Source of the DNA: Eledone cirrhosa
Taxonomy: Eukaryota
Length of the DNA: 64,000 nt
Assembly: GCA_964016885.1 (NCBI GenBank)
Contig: OZ024750.1
Span: forward strand, 40,610,001-40,674,000
Direction: 5' to 3'
The first letter of the stretch is position 1. Each line of letters begins with the position of its first letter. Shown piece after piece: positions 1 through 11,860 of this stretch. Position numbers and translations under genes: made by a program. The notes beneath the pieces were generated by a model that saw only the letters and a program-made list of their open reading frames with translations, made no database searches and was not told where the DNA came from.

Positions 1-183
1 GCTTCCCAAGATTCGCCAACACTACACCTAATGTTTCCCCTCCATACACATACACACATGTATACCATGACTCATACACTATTCACTTCCCTGACATTTG
101 TATATTATTCTATGTACTATACATGCACCTTTGACGAGTTGTAGTGCACCTGAGCACTGTACACAATAATTTCATTATTATTA
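1..183 (+). mobile_element. Possible 3' end of a LINE/SINE with (TTA)n tail
   Basis: Ends ...ACAATAATTTCATTATTATTAT, a short-tandem tail typical of non-LTR retroelement 3' ends; family not identified. Confidence 0.3.
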
Positions 184-204
184 TATATATATATATATAT
201 ATAT

Positions 205-823
205 AAACGGAAAAAATCAAACGAAATTTCATTTCCCACTCTTAGTACGGCTGTTACTTAAATATAAGTATGTACTCGCACATACATATATGTATACAGA
301 CGTACAGTAGTATGTATATATATATACATACATGCACACATATATATATGTACGTATGGATTCACCGAACATTTATTATAATGCTCGGTGTGTTTGTAAA
401 CAAACATCCCGTATTAAGCCGCAGTGTCTAGCAACTACCGTTGCTCGTTTGTTCAACACTGACAAAGGAACGCTGTACTAGTTTCAAGCTTGTTAGCTAT
501 CGTCAGCAACGTATACCTTCCTGCCAGATTGTTGAACGTATATACTTACCTTATGCATATTAACGGCTGAGTAGCCCAATTTGCATATCGAGTGGGTTAA
601 TCGGCTAGTACAGCGTTCCTTTGTCAGTGTTGAACAAACGAGCAACGATGGTTGCTAGACACTACGGCTTAATACGGGATGTTTGTTTACAAACACACCG
701 AGCATTATAATAAATGTTCGGTGAATCCATACGTACATATATATATATATGTGTGCATGTATGTATATATATATATATATACTACTGTACGTCTGTATAC
801 ATATATGTATGTACGTGTACATA

Positions 824-830
<7 letters not shown>
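205..830. mobile_element. Fold-back element with ~220-bp inverted arms, between (TA)n runs; putative Penelope pLTR derivative
   Basis: About 262-481 is the reverse complement of about 605-830 with a few mismatches; 123-bp spacer; TA runs at 183-204 and 827-884. Confidence 0.8.
470..512 (-). ncRNA. Minimal type I hammerhead ribozyme motif
   Basis: Minus strand reads ACGTTG CTGACGA T AGC-taacaa-GCT T GAAA CTAG TA CAGCGT: 6-bp stem I with one G.U, CUGANGA core, stem II, GAAA, palindromic stem III and a UA cleavage site. Confidence 0.75.
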
Positions 831-887
<57 letters not shown>

Positions 888-1256
888 TAAAAATAATGAA
901 TAAACAAAGAAACAGTTCCTTATATTAAAAAATTCATCATTTTACGATCGTTTCTAGGATATATATGTTAGTGTTGGTATGCATATCATATCTACATATA
1001 TATATATATATATATATAACAATGGTGGACAACTCCACCACTGTGACCCTGTACTAACTTGTGTATATTGCCCAAAATATTCTATTACCGTTTATAGACC
1101 TCATTTAACAATAAATAGACATTACTCTATGATGTCAGCATTACTCTATTATAAGCTAAGGCCAGGCTGGGGCACCACCATTAGTAGAGTAAATTTATAT
1201 ATAAACACGTATTGTAATTGTGAAATATATTTAACATCATACTATTACCTTTTCAG

Positions 1257-1335
1257 AGCACTTCATACAATCGCCAGAATTCCTGTAGGGTGTTTGCAGA
1301 TTCGAAGACATAAAACCGTTGAAGCAGCTATGAAG
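1257..1335 (+). CDS. FN3-domain protein, exon 1 in window (ALHTIARIPVGCLQIRRHKTVEAAMK)
   Basis: ttttcag acceptor, AAG|gtaatt donor; phase 2 to 0, matching the next exon. Confidence 0.7.
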
Positions 1336-1619
1336 GTAATTATATATAGTTGACTTATAACCACGTCGATGTCCCTTGTACAAATATAAATAAGCTTTGT
1401 AGAACGTTATACAACAAACAGGAGTTTTGTAGTGTTGCCATTTTAACCAAAAATTACTAAAAAAATGTGTAAGCTCATTTATCACCGTTTCTCGTGGAAC
1501 CCCTTGCAACCTCTTGCGGAACTTTAGGGCCGAGAAACGCAGTTTGAGAAACACCACTCTAAACATATATATGAGTGTATGGACCTGTAATCTCCGATAG
1601 TTTGTAAGGGTGCCGAAAA

Positions 1620-1808
1620 ATAATTGTTTCTATTTTTGGCACAAGGCCAGCTATTACTCCAGTGTATTACTGGTACTTTATTTTATCGACCCCCGTAAGG
1701 ATAAAAGACAAAGTTAACCTCGGCGGGATTTGAACGGAATAGCAACGGCCGTAACTCAATGCGTCAAAGCATGGCGACCGACCCTCTACCGATACTGCCA
1801 ATCCACCG
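1620..1808 (-). mobile_element. tRNA-derived SINE, family A
   Basis: Reverse complement of the consensus seen many times in the window: A-box TGGCAGTATCGG, B-box GTTCAAATCC, body TTTGCCTTTCATCCTTACGGGGTCGATAAAATAAAGTACCAG. Confidence 0.85.
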
Positions 1809-1907
1809 AGGTTTTCTCGGGCATCTTAAACCTGGCATTTTAAACTCATACCAGTTATATTATTTTTCTAGAATGCTCTGTTATTACCAGTTATATTATT
1901 TTTCTAG

Positions 1908-2010
1908 AATGCTCTGTTAAAGGAAGAGAACCAGGACCTCGTGGAAGAGATAACATCAGCTCTGGAAGTTATTAAAAGATTAGAAAAGCCGGCGCCTCCA
2001 AGAATTCTGA
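1908..2010 (+). CDS. FN3-domain protein, exon 2 (NALLKEENQDLVEEITSALEVIKRLEKPAPPRIL)
   Basis: tttttctag acceptor, A|gtaaga donor; phase 0 to 1; the PAPP motif starts FN3 domain 1. Confidence 0.8.
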
Positions 2011-2049
2011 GTAAGAAACTTTAGCTCTAGAACATTTATCATAAAATAT

Positions 2050-2312
2050 TTCATCATCATTTCATTTTACGTCTGCTTTTCCCTGCTTGCAAGGGTGGGA
2101 CGGGAACTGATTCTGGCTTGATTTCTACAGCTGGATGCCCTTCCTAACACCAACCTCATTTACAGTGAGTGCTGGGTGCTTTTTTGCCGTGGCACCTCCA
2201 CGACCACTTTGCAGTGGAATGATAGGGACCCCAGTCCCTATCATCTCATTTCTACAGCTGAGTAAACTGGAGCAATGTGAAATAAAGTGTCTTGCTCAAG
2301 GAAAAAACACAT
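2050..2312 (-). mobile_element. SINE family B (CCTTGAGCAAGACACTT core, RTE-like tail), 5'-truncated
   Basis: Near-identical to 3148-3400; (TGA)n-type tail. Confidence 0.75.
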
Positions 2313-2320
2313 CATATCTA

Positions 2321-2476
2321 CCGTATTTCCTGGCATCAAAGACGCTACTTTTCCCTCAAAAATCTACCATTCGTCCTGGAGGCCGAAAAGTGTTTATTAT
2401 TTTTTTTCAAATTTTTGGTTGTCAAAACTAGGGTGCGTCCTCAAGGACAAAGTATCTTCGGTGCCGGGAAATATGG
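2321..2476. mobile_element. Tc1/mariner-pogo-type MITE
   Basis: TA|CCGTATTTCCTGGC ... GCCGGGAAATATGG|TA terminal inverted repeats with TA flanks; a second copy lies inverted at 55036-55194. Confidence 0.75.
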
Positions 2477-3147
2477 TAGTTTAAAATGTATGTAAATATA
2501 TTTGCCTTTAACTTAGAATATATGTTATAGATTGAAGATGATACTAAATGGTCGAAGTTACCGTCAATACCAAGATGATACTAAATCACTGAAGTTTTTA
2601 AACCGGCCATATCTGGCCAGAACTATCTCACCTCTTTCTGTTTAAAGCAGCTGTAACTGGCCTCTCATACTGATGTTAAGGTATTGTTCTCAAAATAGAT
2701 AATATCAAAATCTCATAGATTCAATATTATGTGAGATAATTACGTGAGGTAAAGACTTTACCATGAAAATATAATAGTAAATATAGAGTAATTTCGTTTC
2801 TGGCAACATGACCCTCCCAAATATAATAGTAAATATAGAGTAATTTCGTTATTGGCAACATGACCCTCCCAAAGTATAACAATATAGAGTAATGTAAATG
2901 GTAAAGACTAAAACCCTCTCTATTTTGTTTTTGTTTCATAACTGTAAGAGACACCAGATATCTCCTCCACTCTGTCATGGCTTATTAGCTCTATACTTAC
3001 GTTTAAATTAAATAAATCAATATAACCCTGATTTACTGTCACTCTTGATTCCAGATCTGTTCTGGATTATCCATTTTGCCGGACTATATAATAATTCCCT
3101 AGAAACATATTACGAAGTCGAAAATACCCTAATATATATTTTTTCCA

Positions 3148-3476
3148 TCATTTTTTACGTCCGCTTTTCCCTGCTTGCAAGGGTGGGATGGGAACTGATT
3201 CTGGCTTGGTTTCTACAGCTGGATGTCCTCCCTAACACCAACCTCATTTTACAGTGAGTGCTGGGTGCTTTTTTGCCGTGGCACATCCACGACCACTTTG
3301 CAGTGGAATGATAGGGACCCCAGTTCCTATCATCTCATTTCTACAGCTGAGTAAACTGGAGCAATGTGAAATAAAGTGTCTTGCTCAAGGAAACAACACA
3401 TCACCCGGTCTGAGAATTGAACTCACAACCTTTCGATTGCAAGCCCAATACTCTAACCACTAAGCCACATGCCTCA
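3148..3476 (-). mobile_element. SINE family B, full length with tRNA-like head
   Basis: Minus strand head GAGGCATGTGGCTTAGTGGTTAGAG...GAGTTCAATTC (A and B boxes), then core and tail. Confidence 0.8.
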
Positions 3477-3802
3477 ATATGAAGACGTAAATGTTTAAAA
3501 TGATATCCTATGCCACCTTAACGTGAATTAACTACTCTGGTGGGTCACAGTAAATTAAAATGTCCATCCATAGTTATATCCGGATAAAAAAGACACACTG
3601 GACTATCAGTTGAGGCAAAAACCGCAGTTATAAACAAATGACTTAAGAAATTCTGAGACAGGTGAGAAGAGTTGACGAACTGTTAAAGTTAATTCAATGA
3701 AGATGGCCAGTGGAAAATACAGAAGAAAATCACAATGACGACGGTGATGATTAAGATAATTAAGATAATTAAGATAAATATTATATTTTATTTCGTTTCT
3801 AG

Positions 3803-3886
3803 CTGTTGATACAACATGGTTTGAAATTGAGTGGGACGAGGTGATATCAAAATGTGGGTTTGTTATCACTTACAAGATTTTTGTAG
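3803..3886 (+). CDS. FN3-domain protein, exon 3 (TVDTTWFEIEWDEVISKCGFVITYKIFV)
   Basis: tttctag acceptor, TAG|gtaagt donor; phase 1 to 1; FN3 strand B Trp and strand C Tyr. Confidence 0.85.
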
Positions 3887-3959
3887 GTAAGTGTCATCTG
3901 ATCTATGTCAATAGTTTAGTTATCTTTAAAGGGTGCGAGTTTGGTAGAATTGGTAGGGA

Positions 3960-4183
3960 ATGTGTATATGTGTACATGCGTGTATATATGTATACATGTG
4001 TGTATATATGTGTACATGTGTGTATATATGTATACATGTCTGTATTTGTGTACATGTGTGTATATGTATACATGTGTGTATATATGTATACATGTGTGTA
4101 TATGTGTATATGTGTGTATACGTATACATGTGTGTATATATGTATACATGTGTGTATGTATATATGTGTGTATGTATACATGT
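3960..4183. repeat. (TGTATACATGTG)-type low-complexity repeat
   Basis: Direct reading; same motif as 4796-6373. Confidence 0.9.
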
Positions 4184-4465
4184 GGTGTCAGGTCACCAGT
4201 TGGTGCTACTGGTAACATGTATCCCAGTACAACCTGTCTCATGGTCGGGTCGTTGGCGACTAAACTGGCAACCCCACCAAGGTTTCTTGGTGAGGAGGGT
4301 GACTTTGGACATCCTGCAGGACTAAAAACAAAACCTGTCAAAGGGCAAAGGAGCTCTTAAGAGTCAATGGCCATCCAAAATCACCGGGAGAGATGACCCC
4401 TTAGCCTTTGTCAAGGCAGAATTCTAGGAGAAGGAAAACTCTGATATAACACCTGCAACTCTGAT
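4184..4465 (+). mobile_element. Interspersed repeat (possibly LINE 5' UTR-derived)
   Basis: Homologous in reverse complement to 50760-50885 and 50985-51175 (shared GGCAACCCCACCAAG, CCTGCAGGA, TAGCCTTTGTCA). Confidence 0.6.
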
Positions 4466-4795
4466 GGTATCCAATGATGTTGACTTGTTCTTCTTTTTGG
4501 TAAATATCATCTTGGTTAAGAGAGTGGGACTGGCTTTGTGCAGTGCCTTTGCTCACTATAAAAGCTTCACGGCACAGGCATTGCTTTATATCTGGAGATC
4601 TCTCTGCACTTGTCGTCACATGGTACCATGGGCCCAGCACTATGTGTCAGTAATTGTCACAAGTGTAGTGTTTGTACCAGAGTTTTCAAGTCGCTGGCTG
4701 GACTAAAAAGTCACACTCGTTCAGCGCTTCGGTAGGGGTTCTCCTACATGGATATAAAGTAGTGGCCGTACTCGAAAACGAGTTGGCAGCCACCA

Positions 4796-6373
4796 TGTAT
4801 ACATGTGTGTATGTATACATGTGTGTATGTATACATGTGTATATGTATACATGTGTATATGTATACATGTGTGTATGTATACATGTGTGTATGTATACAT
4901 GTGTATATGTATACATGTATACATGTGTGTATGTATACATGTGTATATGTATACATGTGTGTATGTATACATGTGTATATGTATACATGTGTGTATATAT
5001 GTATACATGTGTGTATTTGTGTATATGTGTGTATATGTATACATGTGTATATGTATACATGTGTGTATGTATACATGTGTATATGTATACATGTGTGTAT
5101 GTATACATGTGTGTATGTATACATGTGTATATGTATACATGTGTATATGTATACATGTGTGTATATATGTATACATGTGTGTATTTGTGTATATGTGTGT
5201 ATATGTATACATGTGTATATGTATACATGTGTATATGTATACATGTGTGTATGTATACATGTGTATATGTATACATGTGTGTATGTATACATGTGTGTAT
5301 GTATACATGTGTATATGTATACATGTGTGTATGTATACATGTGTATATGTATACATGTGTGTATGTATACATGTGTATATGTATACATGTGTTTATGTAT
5401 ACATGTGTGTATGTATACATGTGTATATGTATACATGTGTGTATGTATACATGTGTGTATGTATACATTTGTATATGTATACATGTGTGTATATATGTAT
5501 ACATGTGTGTATTTGTGTATATGTGTGTATATGTATACATGTGTATATGTATACATGTGTATATGTATACATGTGTGTATGTATACATGTGTATATGTAT
5601 ACATGTGTGTATGTATACATGTGTGTATGTATACATGTGTATATGTATACATGTGTATATGTATACATGTGTGTATGTATACATGTGTGTATGTATACAT
5701 GTGTATATGTATACATGTATACATGTGTGTATGTATACATGTGTATATGTATACATGTGTGTATGTATACATGTGTATATGTATACATGTGTGTATATAT
5801 GTATACATGTGTGTATTTGTGTATATGTGTGTATATGTATACATGTGTATATGTATACATGTGTGTATGTATACATGTGTATATGTATACATGTGTGTAT
5901 GTATACATGTGTGTATGTATACATGTGTATATGTATACATGTGTGTATGTATACATGTGTATATGTATACATGTGTATATATGTATACATGTGTGTATTT
6001 GTGTATATGTGTGTATATGTATACATGTGTATATGTATACATGTGTATATGTATACATGTGTGTATGTATACATGTGTATATGTATACATGTGTGTATGT
6101 ATACATGTGTGTATGTATACATGTGTATATGTATACATGTGTGTATGTATACATGTGTATATGTATACATATGTATATGTATACATGTGTGTATGTATAC
6201 ATGTGTGTATGTATACATGTGTGTATGTATACATGTGTATATGTATACATGTGTGTATGTATACATGTGTTTATGTATACATGTGTATATGTATACATGT
6301 GTATATGTATACATGTGTGTATGTATACATGTGTGTATGTATACATGCATATATGTATACATGTGTGTATATA
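4796..6373. repeat. 16-bp minisatellite ATGTATACATGTGT(A/G)T, ~1.6 kb
   Basis: Direct reading; each unit contains the palindrome ATGTATACAT. Confidence 0.95.
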
Positions 6374-6475
6374 TACGTCCGTCTGTGTATCAGATATCTT
6401 TGTTTTTTTAATAATTATTTTATCGTTTTACAAACACTATTTTAATCACATCATTATCACCTATTACCCCCCCCC

Positions 6476-6695
6476 CTCTCCCTACCTCTCTCTCTCTCCC
6501 TGTTCCTACCACTCTTTCTCTCTCTACTTCTCTCTACCTCTCTCTCTCTACCACTCACTCTCTCCCTACCTCTCTCTTTCTTTCTACCAAACTCTCTCCC
6601 CCTCTCTCTCTACCAAACTCTCTCCCTCTCTCTACCAAACTCTCTCCCTCTCTCTCTCTCTCTCTCCCTCTCTCTACCACTCTCTCTTTCACCCT
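6476..6695. repeat. CT-rich low-complexity tract
   Basis: Direct reading. Confidence 0.9.
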
Positions 6696-6997
6696 CATAT
6701 ATATATCCTTCGAATGTAGAGTCAGGTTCGATCTGTAACAGATCCTGCCTCGAGCTGATCAACAGAGAAACATATGTAATATGTTAATAAATTGTGGTTT
6801 GATGCATTACTGATTCCTCGTTATCTATAATATATAATAACTCTGCACTGCGCGAGCATCGAGTGCTCAACCGGCATTTCCGCCTACGGACGCATTTATT
6901 GCAACCCTACTACAACTATATATATATATTCCAAACGGAACCTGAACCGATAAGGTCTGGTTTCTGGGCTATGTCAAAATTTATAAAACAAATTTTG

Positions 6998-7042
6998 TAT
7001 TTTATCTGATGAGAGCGTACCAAAGTTTTGGTACCCTTGAAA

Positions 7043-7050
<8 letters not shown>
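6998..7050 (+). ncRNA. Hammerhead ribozyme motif, 5' part; stem III runs into a ~400-bp (TA)n
   Basis: TATTTTAT CTGATGA GAG-c-GTACCAAA-gt-TTTGGTAC-c-CTT GAAA TATATA...; no adjacent stem I 3' strand. Confidence 0.6.
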
Positions 7051-7441
<391 letters not shown>

Positions 7442-7511
7442 CGGTCGGAAATCCTCCGACCGATAAGGTATGATTTTCATGGGTACATCTCTATTTATAA
7501 AACAAACTTTG

Positions 7512-7576
7512 TATTTTATCTGATGAAAGCGCACTACGTTTGGCTTGGTTGCCCTTGAAATATATATAATAAAATA
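7512..7576 (+). ncRNA. Minimal type I hammerhead ribozyme motif, complete
   Basis: TATTTTAT CTGATGA AAG-c-GCA...TGC-c-CTT GAAA TATATA TA ATAAAATA: perfect 8-bp stem I, intact core, palindromic stem III; predicted cleavage after 7568. Confidence 0.8.
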
Positions 7577-7706
7577 AATATGGTTTTATAAATATAGTTT
7601 TCCAGTTATTTAATACCATGGAATATTTACTCCAGTAAACTGTTGAGTGCTCTAAATAAGTTATAAACATTTATGTTTGTCGGACTTCCAACAAATTAAA
7701 TACAAC

Positions 7707-7817
<111 letters not shown>

Positions 7818-7934
7818 AAAAAGTATGACCCCGACGGCAGAGCTCAAGCCGTTTTGACGGCCATTTCTGGACTAAATTATAATTTTTAGCCTGGTGCGTT
7901 ATGGTCCATTTGGTTCCTTACCACAATTCCTTTG

Positions 7935-7969
<35 letters not shown>

Positions 7970-7976
7970 CTTCCAG

Positions 7977-8132
7977 ATCAATCATGCGTACACGAAACAA
8001 CAGCCAGCTGTCATTGCAGAATCGATTCTCTCAGGCCATCTACCCAATACGAGATTCAACTTCAAGTTACAGCAGAAGAAGATGACAGCCCTGTCAGTGA
8101 TAAAGTTTCAATAATAACTGCAGAGGGAGAAG
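7977..8132 (+). CDS. FN3-domain protein, exon 4 (DQSCVHETTASCHCRIDSLRPSTQYEIQLQVTAEEDDSPVSDKVSIITAEGE)
   Basis: ccccttccag acceptor, AAG|gtaagt donor; phase 1 to 1; LRPSTQY matches the FN3 L-x-P-x-T-x-Y signature. Confidence 0.9.
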
Positions 8133-8152
8133 GTAAGTCATCAATTATTTTA

Positions 8153-8761
8153 GTCTCCAAGTCTCCATGTCTCCCACACCACCATGTCTCCATGTCTCCC
8201 ACACCACCAAGTCTCCATGTCTCCCACACAACCAAGTCTCCATGTCTCCATGTCTCCCACACCACCATGTCTCCATCTCTCCAAGTCTCCCACACTCCCA
8301 CACCACCATGTCTCCATGTCTCCCACACCACCATGTCTCCATCTCTCCCACACCACCATGTCTCCATCTCTCCAAGTCTCCCACACCACCATGTTTCCAT
8401 CTCTCCAAGTCTCCCACACTCCCACACCACCAAGTCTTCATGTCTCCCACACCACCATGTCTCCATCTCTCCAAGTCTCCCACACTCCCACACCACCATG
8501 TCTCCATGTCTCCCACACCACCATGTCTCCAAGTCTCCCACACTCCCACACCACCAAGTCTCCATGTCTCCCACACTCCCACACCACCAAGTCTCCATGT
8601 CACCCACACTCCCACACCACCAAGTCTCCATGTCTCCCACACTCCCACACCACCAAGTCTCCATGTCTCCCACACTCCCACACCACCAAGTCTCCATGTC
8701 TCCAAGTCTCCCACACTCCCACACCACCATGTCTCCATGTCTCCCACACCACCAAGTCTCC
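8153..8761. repeat. Complex C-rich minisatellite (CCATGTCT / CCCACACCA / CCAAGTCT modules)
   Basis: Direct reading; recurs at 9226-9693. Confidence 0.9.
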
Positions 8762-8871
8762 AAGTCATCAATTATTTTATTGGGGGTGGGGGGAATACTT
8801 TGAAATTTTAGTTGTTGTATTTGTTCTGTTGACGGTGAAATGGCGGAGTCTCGTTAGAATGTCAGATAGAA

Positions 8872-9145
8872 TGTGTTGTGGTGTGTGGTGGGTGTGATGT
8901 GGGTGCGGTGTGGGTGGGTGTGGTGGGGATGTGGTGGGGTGGAGATATAGTGTGGGTGTGGTGTGTGGTGGGGATGTGGGTGTGTTGCGGGTATGGTGGG
9001 GATGTGGTGAGGTGTGTGGTGTGGGTGTGGTGGGGATGCGGGTGTGGTGGGTGTGTGGTGTTAACAGTCGTAGTTATACTTTGGTGGGGATGTGGTGTGG
9101 GTGTAGTGGGTGAGGATGTGGTGGGGGTGTGGTGTGGGTGTGGTG
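8872..9145. repeat. GT/G-rich low-complexity tract (GTGTGG)
   Basis: Direct reading. Confidence 0.85.
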
Positions 9146-9225
9146 CTCTGTGTTCCTCATGGAACCATCGACACCCGGGAAGTTCTTTTCGCAATAGAAA
9201 TCCAGGGTAAAGCTTGTTAAATCCC

Positions 9226-9693
9226 AGCACACCACCATGTCTCCATGTCTCCATGTCTCCCACACCACCAGGTCTCCATGTCTCCCACACCATCAAGTCT
9301 CCATGTCTCCCACACCACCAACTCTCCATGTCTCCAAGTCTCCATGTATCCCACACCACCAAGTCTCCATGTCTCCATGTCTTCCACACCACCATGTCTC
9401 CATGTCTCCCACACCATGTGTGGGTGTGGTGCTCTGTGTTCCTCATGGAACCATCGACACCCGGGAAGTTCTTTTCGCAATAGAAATCCATGTCTCCAAG
9501 TCTCCCACACCACCATGTCTCCATGTCTCCAAGTCTCCCACACTCCCACACCACCATGTCTCCATGTCTCCCACACCACCAAGTCTCCATGTCTCCCACA
9601 CCACCATGTCTCCATGTCTCCCACACTCCCACACCACCATGTCTCCATGTCGCCACACCACCAAGTCTCCATCTCTCCATGTCTCCCACACCA
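9226..9693. repeat. Second block of the C-rich minisatellite
   Basis: Same modules as 8153-8761, interrupted by a ~75-bp copy of 9131-9203. Confidence 0.9.
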
Positions 9694-9972
9694 TCAATGT
9701 TGTTTAATGGAAAGACTAATACAAGTTGGCATCAGTGTCGAGCTGAGAAAGTAAAGGGCCACAAGAGATACCACAAGGCACCTCTAACAATTCCAACAGT
9801 CTCCCACCCTTCGACTGACATACTTTATTCTATTGACCTCCGAAAGGACGAAAAACAAAGTTGCCCTCAGCGGGATTTGAACGCAGAATTAAAGGGCCTT
9901 AATAACAACAGCGAGGTATTTAATCCTATGTTCTCACATCTCTACATTCATTGCCTTGAGAATATTGCTGCG

Positions 9973-10296
9973 GTGATGATGGTGATGGTGATAGTGGTGG
10001 TGATGGTGATGGTGATGGTGATGATGATGACGATGGTGATGATGATGGTGGTGATGATGAGGATGATGATGATGATGGTGATGACGATGGTGATGGTGGT
10101 GGTGATGATGATGGTGATGGTGATGATAACGATGATGATGATGGTGATGGTGATGGTGATGATGACGATGGTGACGATGATGATGGCGATGATGATGATG
10201 GCGATGGTGATGGTGATGATGATGACGATGATGATGGTGACGATGATGATGATGGTGATGATTATGATGACGATGGTGATGATGATGATGACGATG
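9973..10296. repeat. (GAT/GGT/GAC)n trinucleotide microsatellite
   Basis: Direct reading. Confidence 0.95.
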
Positions 10297-10489
10297 GAGA
10301 GAGGGATACATTAAAAAAAAAAAAGATTGCTGGATTGTCACGGCTGGAACGTCTTTGATTTTCCATTTGCTCGATTTAAGTGAAATATCTAGGCTAATTA
10401 TATATTCAAAGGGAAGCTACTCTAAGAGTTTTAAGAATAACTTCCCTTGAAGAGGATAGGCTGATCAAGGAAATCCTATTTAGCACATA

Positions 10490-11000
10490 TTCTTGTTCTT
10501 TTTTCCTTCTTTTTCTTCTTTTTCTTCTTTTTCTTGTTCTTTTTTCCTTCTTTTTCTTCTTTTTCTTGTTCTTTTTCTTTTTCTTCTTTTTCTTTTTCTT
10601 CTTTTTCTTCTTTTTCTTCTTTTTCTTCTCTTTCTCTTTCTTCTTCTTCTTCTTCTTTTTCTCCTTTTTCTTCTTTTTCTTCTTTTTCTCTTTCTCTTTC
10701 TTTTTCTTCTTTTTCTTCTTTTTCTCTTTCTCTTTCTTTTTCTTCTTTTTCTTCTTATTCCTGAGAGGGTCGTGGGGGCAGAGTCCTCAAACACTCCCTC
10801 CAGCGGGTCCTGTCAGAAGCAACCATCTCCAACTGTTCCGACTGGATCCGCCCAAACAAGACCAGCCAAGCTCATGGATGTTATCCAACCATCTCACTCG
10901 GTAGCCACCCCTGGGTCTCCTGCCGGTTGGTTTCGCCCATAATATCCACCCAGAGATTCTTTCCTGGGACATTCTAACCACATGTCTGTAGTATCGGAGA
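10490..11000 (-). mobile_element. RTE-clade LINE 3' fragment with expanded (AAG)-rich tail
   Basis: Minus strand peptide HVVRMSQERISGWILWAKPTGRRPRGGYRVRWLDNI matches the RTE C-terminal GxRxRGRP..RWxD motif; tail 10490-10756; homologous to 22590-23030. Confidence 0.75.
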
Positions 11001-11016
11001 AGTAATTAATGTAAAG

Positions 11017-11348
11017 CAGAAGTTCTCAGTGGGCGCTTCCGTCAACCGCCCGGGCGTGTTGAGAAGGTCCAGGGGGCGCTACGGCCTAAGTGGGTGGGGG
11101 GCGGTGGTAGTGATGATACAGTAGTATATTAAATGATACATATATATAATAAAATATAATATATATTTATTTATACATGGTACATATTATATTATTATAT
11201 ATAAATTAGCGGTTTTATTTATTATATATTATTTACAATTTGCTTATAGGTAGGTCTCTCTGGAAATATGGGGTTGGGGGTGGGTGGGGGTGGAGAGTAT
11301 TACGTGGCCGTGAGGGAGGGGGTAGCCCAAAATGTTTGAGAACCTCTG
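11017..11348. mobile_element. hAT-type MITE
   Basis: TIRs CAGAAGTTCTCA...TGAGAACCTCTG; perfect 8-bp TSD ATGTAAAG at 11009-11016 and 11349-11356. Confidence 0.85.
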
Positions 11349-11399
11349 ATGTAAAGCAAGCTCAAAACTTGCTGCCCCAATGATACAGACCCGAGCGGT

Positions 11400-11860
11400 G
11401 TAGATGAGCATTCTCAGGTGTGTGTATGGTGGTGGTGGTGGTGGTGGTGGTGGTGGGTAGCCCATGTAGATGAGCATTCTCAGGTGTGTGTATGGTGGTG
11501 GTGGTGGTGGGGAGCCCATGTAGATGAGCATTCTCAGGTGTGTGTATGGTGGTGGTGGTGGTGGTGGTGGTGGTGGTGGGGAGCCCATGTAGATGAGCAT
11601 TCTCAGGTGTGTGTATGGTGGTGGTGGTGGTGGGTAGCCCATGTAGATGAGCATTCTCAGGTGTGTGTATGGTGGTGGTGGTGGTGGTGGTGGTGGTGGT
11701 GGTGGTGGGGAGCCCATGTAGATGAGCATTCTCAGGTGTGTGTATGGTGGTGGTGGTGGTGGTGGTGGTGGTGGGTAGCCCATGTAGATGAACATTCTCA
11801 GGTGTGTGTATGGTGGTGGTGGTGGTGGTGGTGGTGGTGGTGGTGGTGGGTAGCCCATGT
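11400..11860. repeat. Seven-unit minisatellite GTAGATGAGCATTCTCAGGTGTGTGTAT(GGT)nGG.AGCCCAT
   Basis: Direct reading; (GGT)n length varies between units. Confidence 0.95.

Noticed and set aside
938-958. Minus-strand GAAA-CGATCG-TA half-hammerhead; similar GAAA-CATATG-TA at 6767-6778
   Set aside because: No CUGANGA core with stems I and II nearby; at best a truncated remnant.
3405-3476. tRNA gene
   Set aside because: A and B boxes are present but there is no acceptor stem, and it continues into a SINE body.
4672-6719. Long ORFs of 500-640 aa in all frames
   Set aside because: Translations of a stop-free minisatellite; the same applies to the YI-, HT- and VC-rich ORFs at 7000-7500, 8150-9750 and 58700-63600.
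9934-10942. Poly-His, poly-Met, Arg/Lys-rich and Phe-rich ORFs
   Set aside because: Trinucleotide microsatellites and an RTE tail; no splice or domain support.
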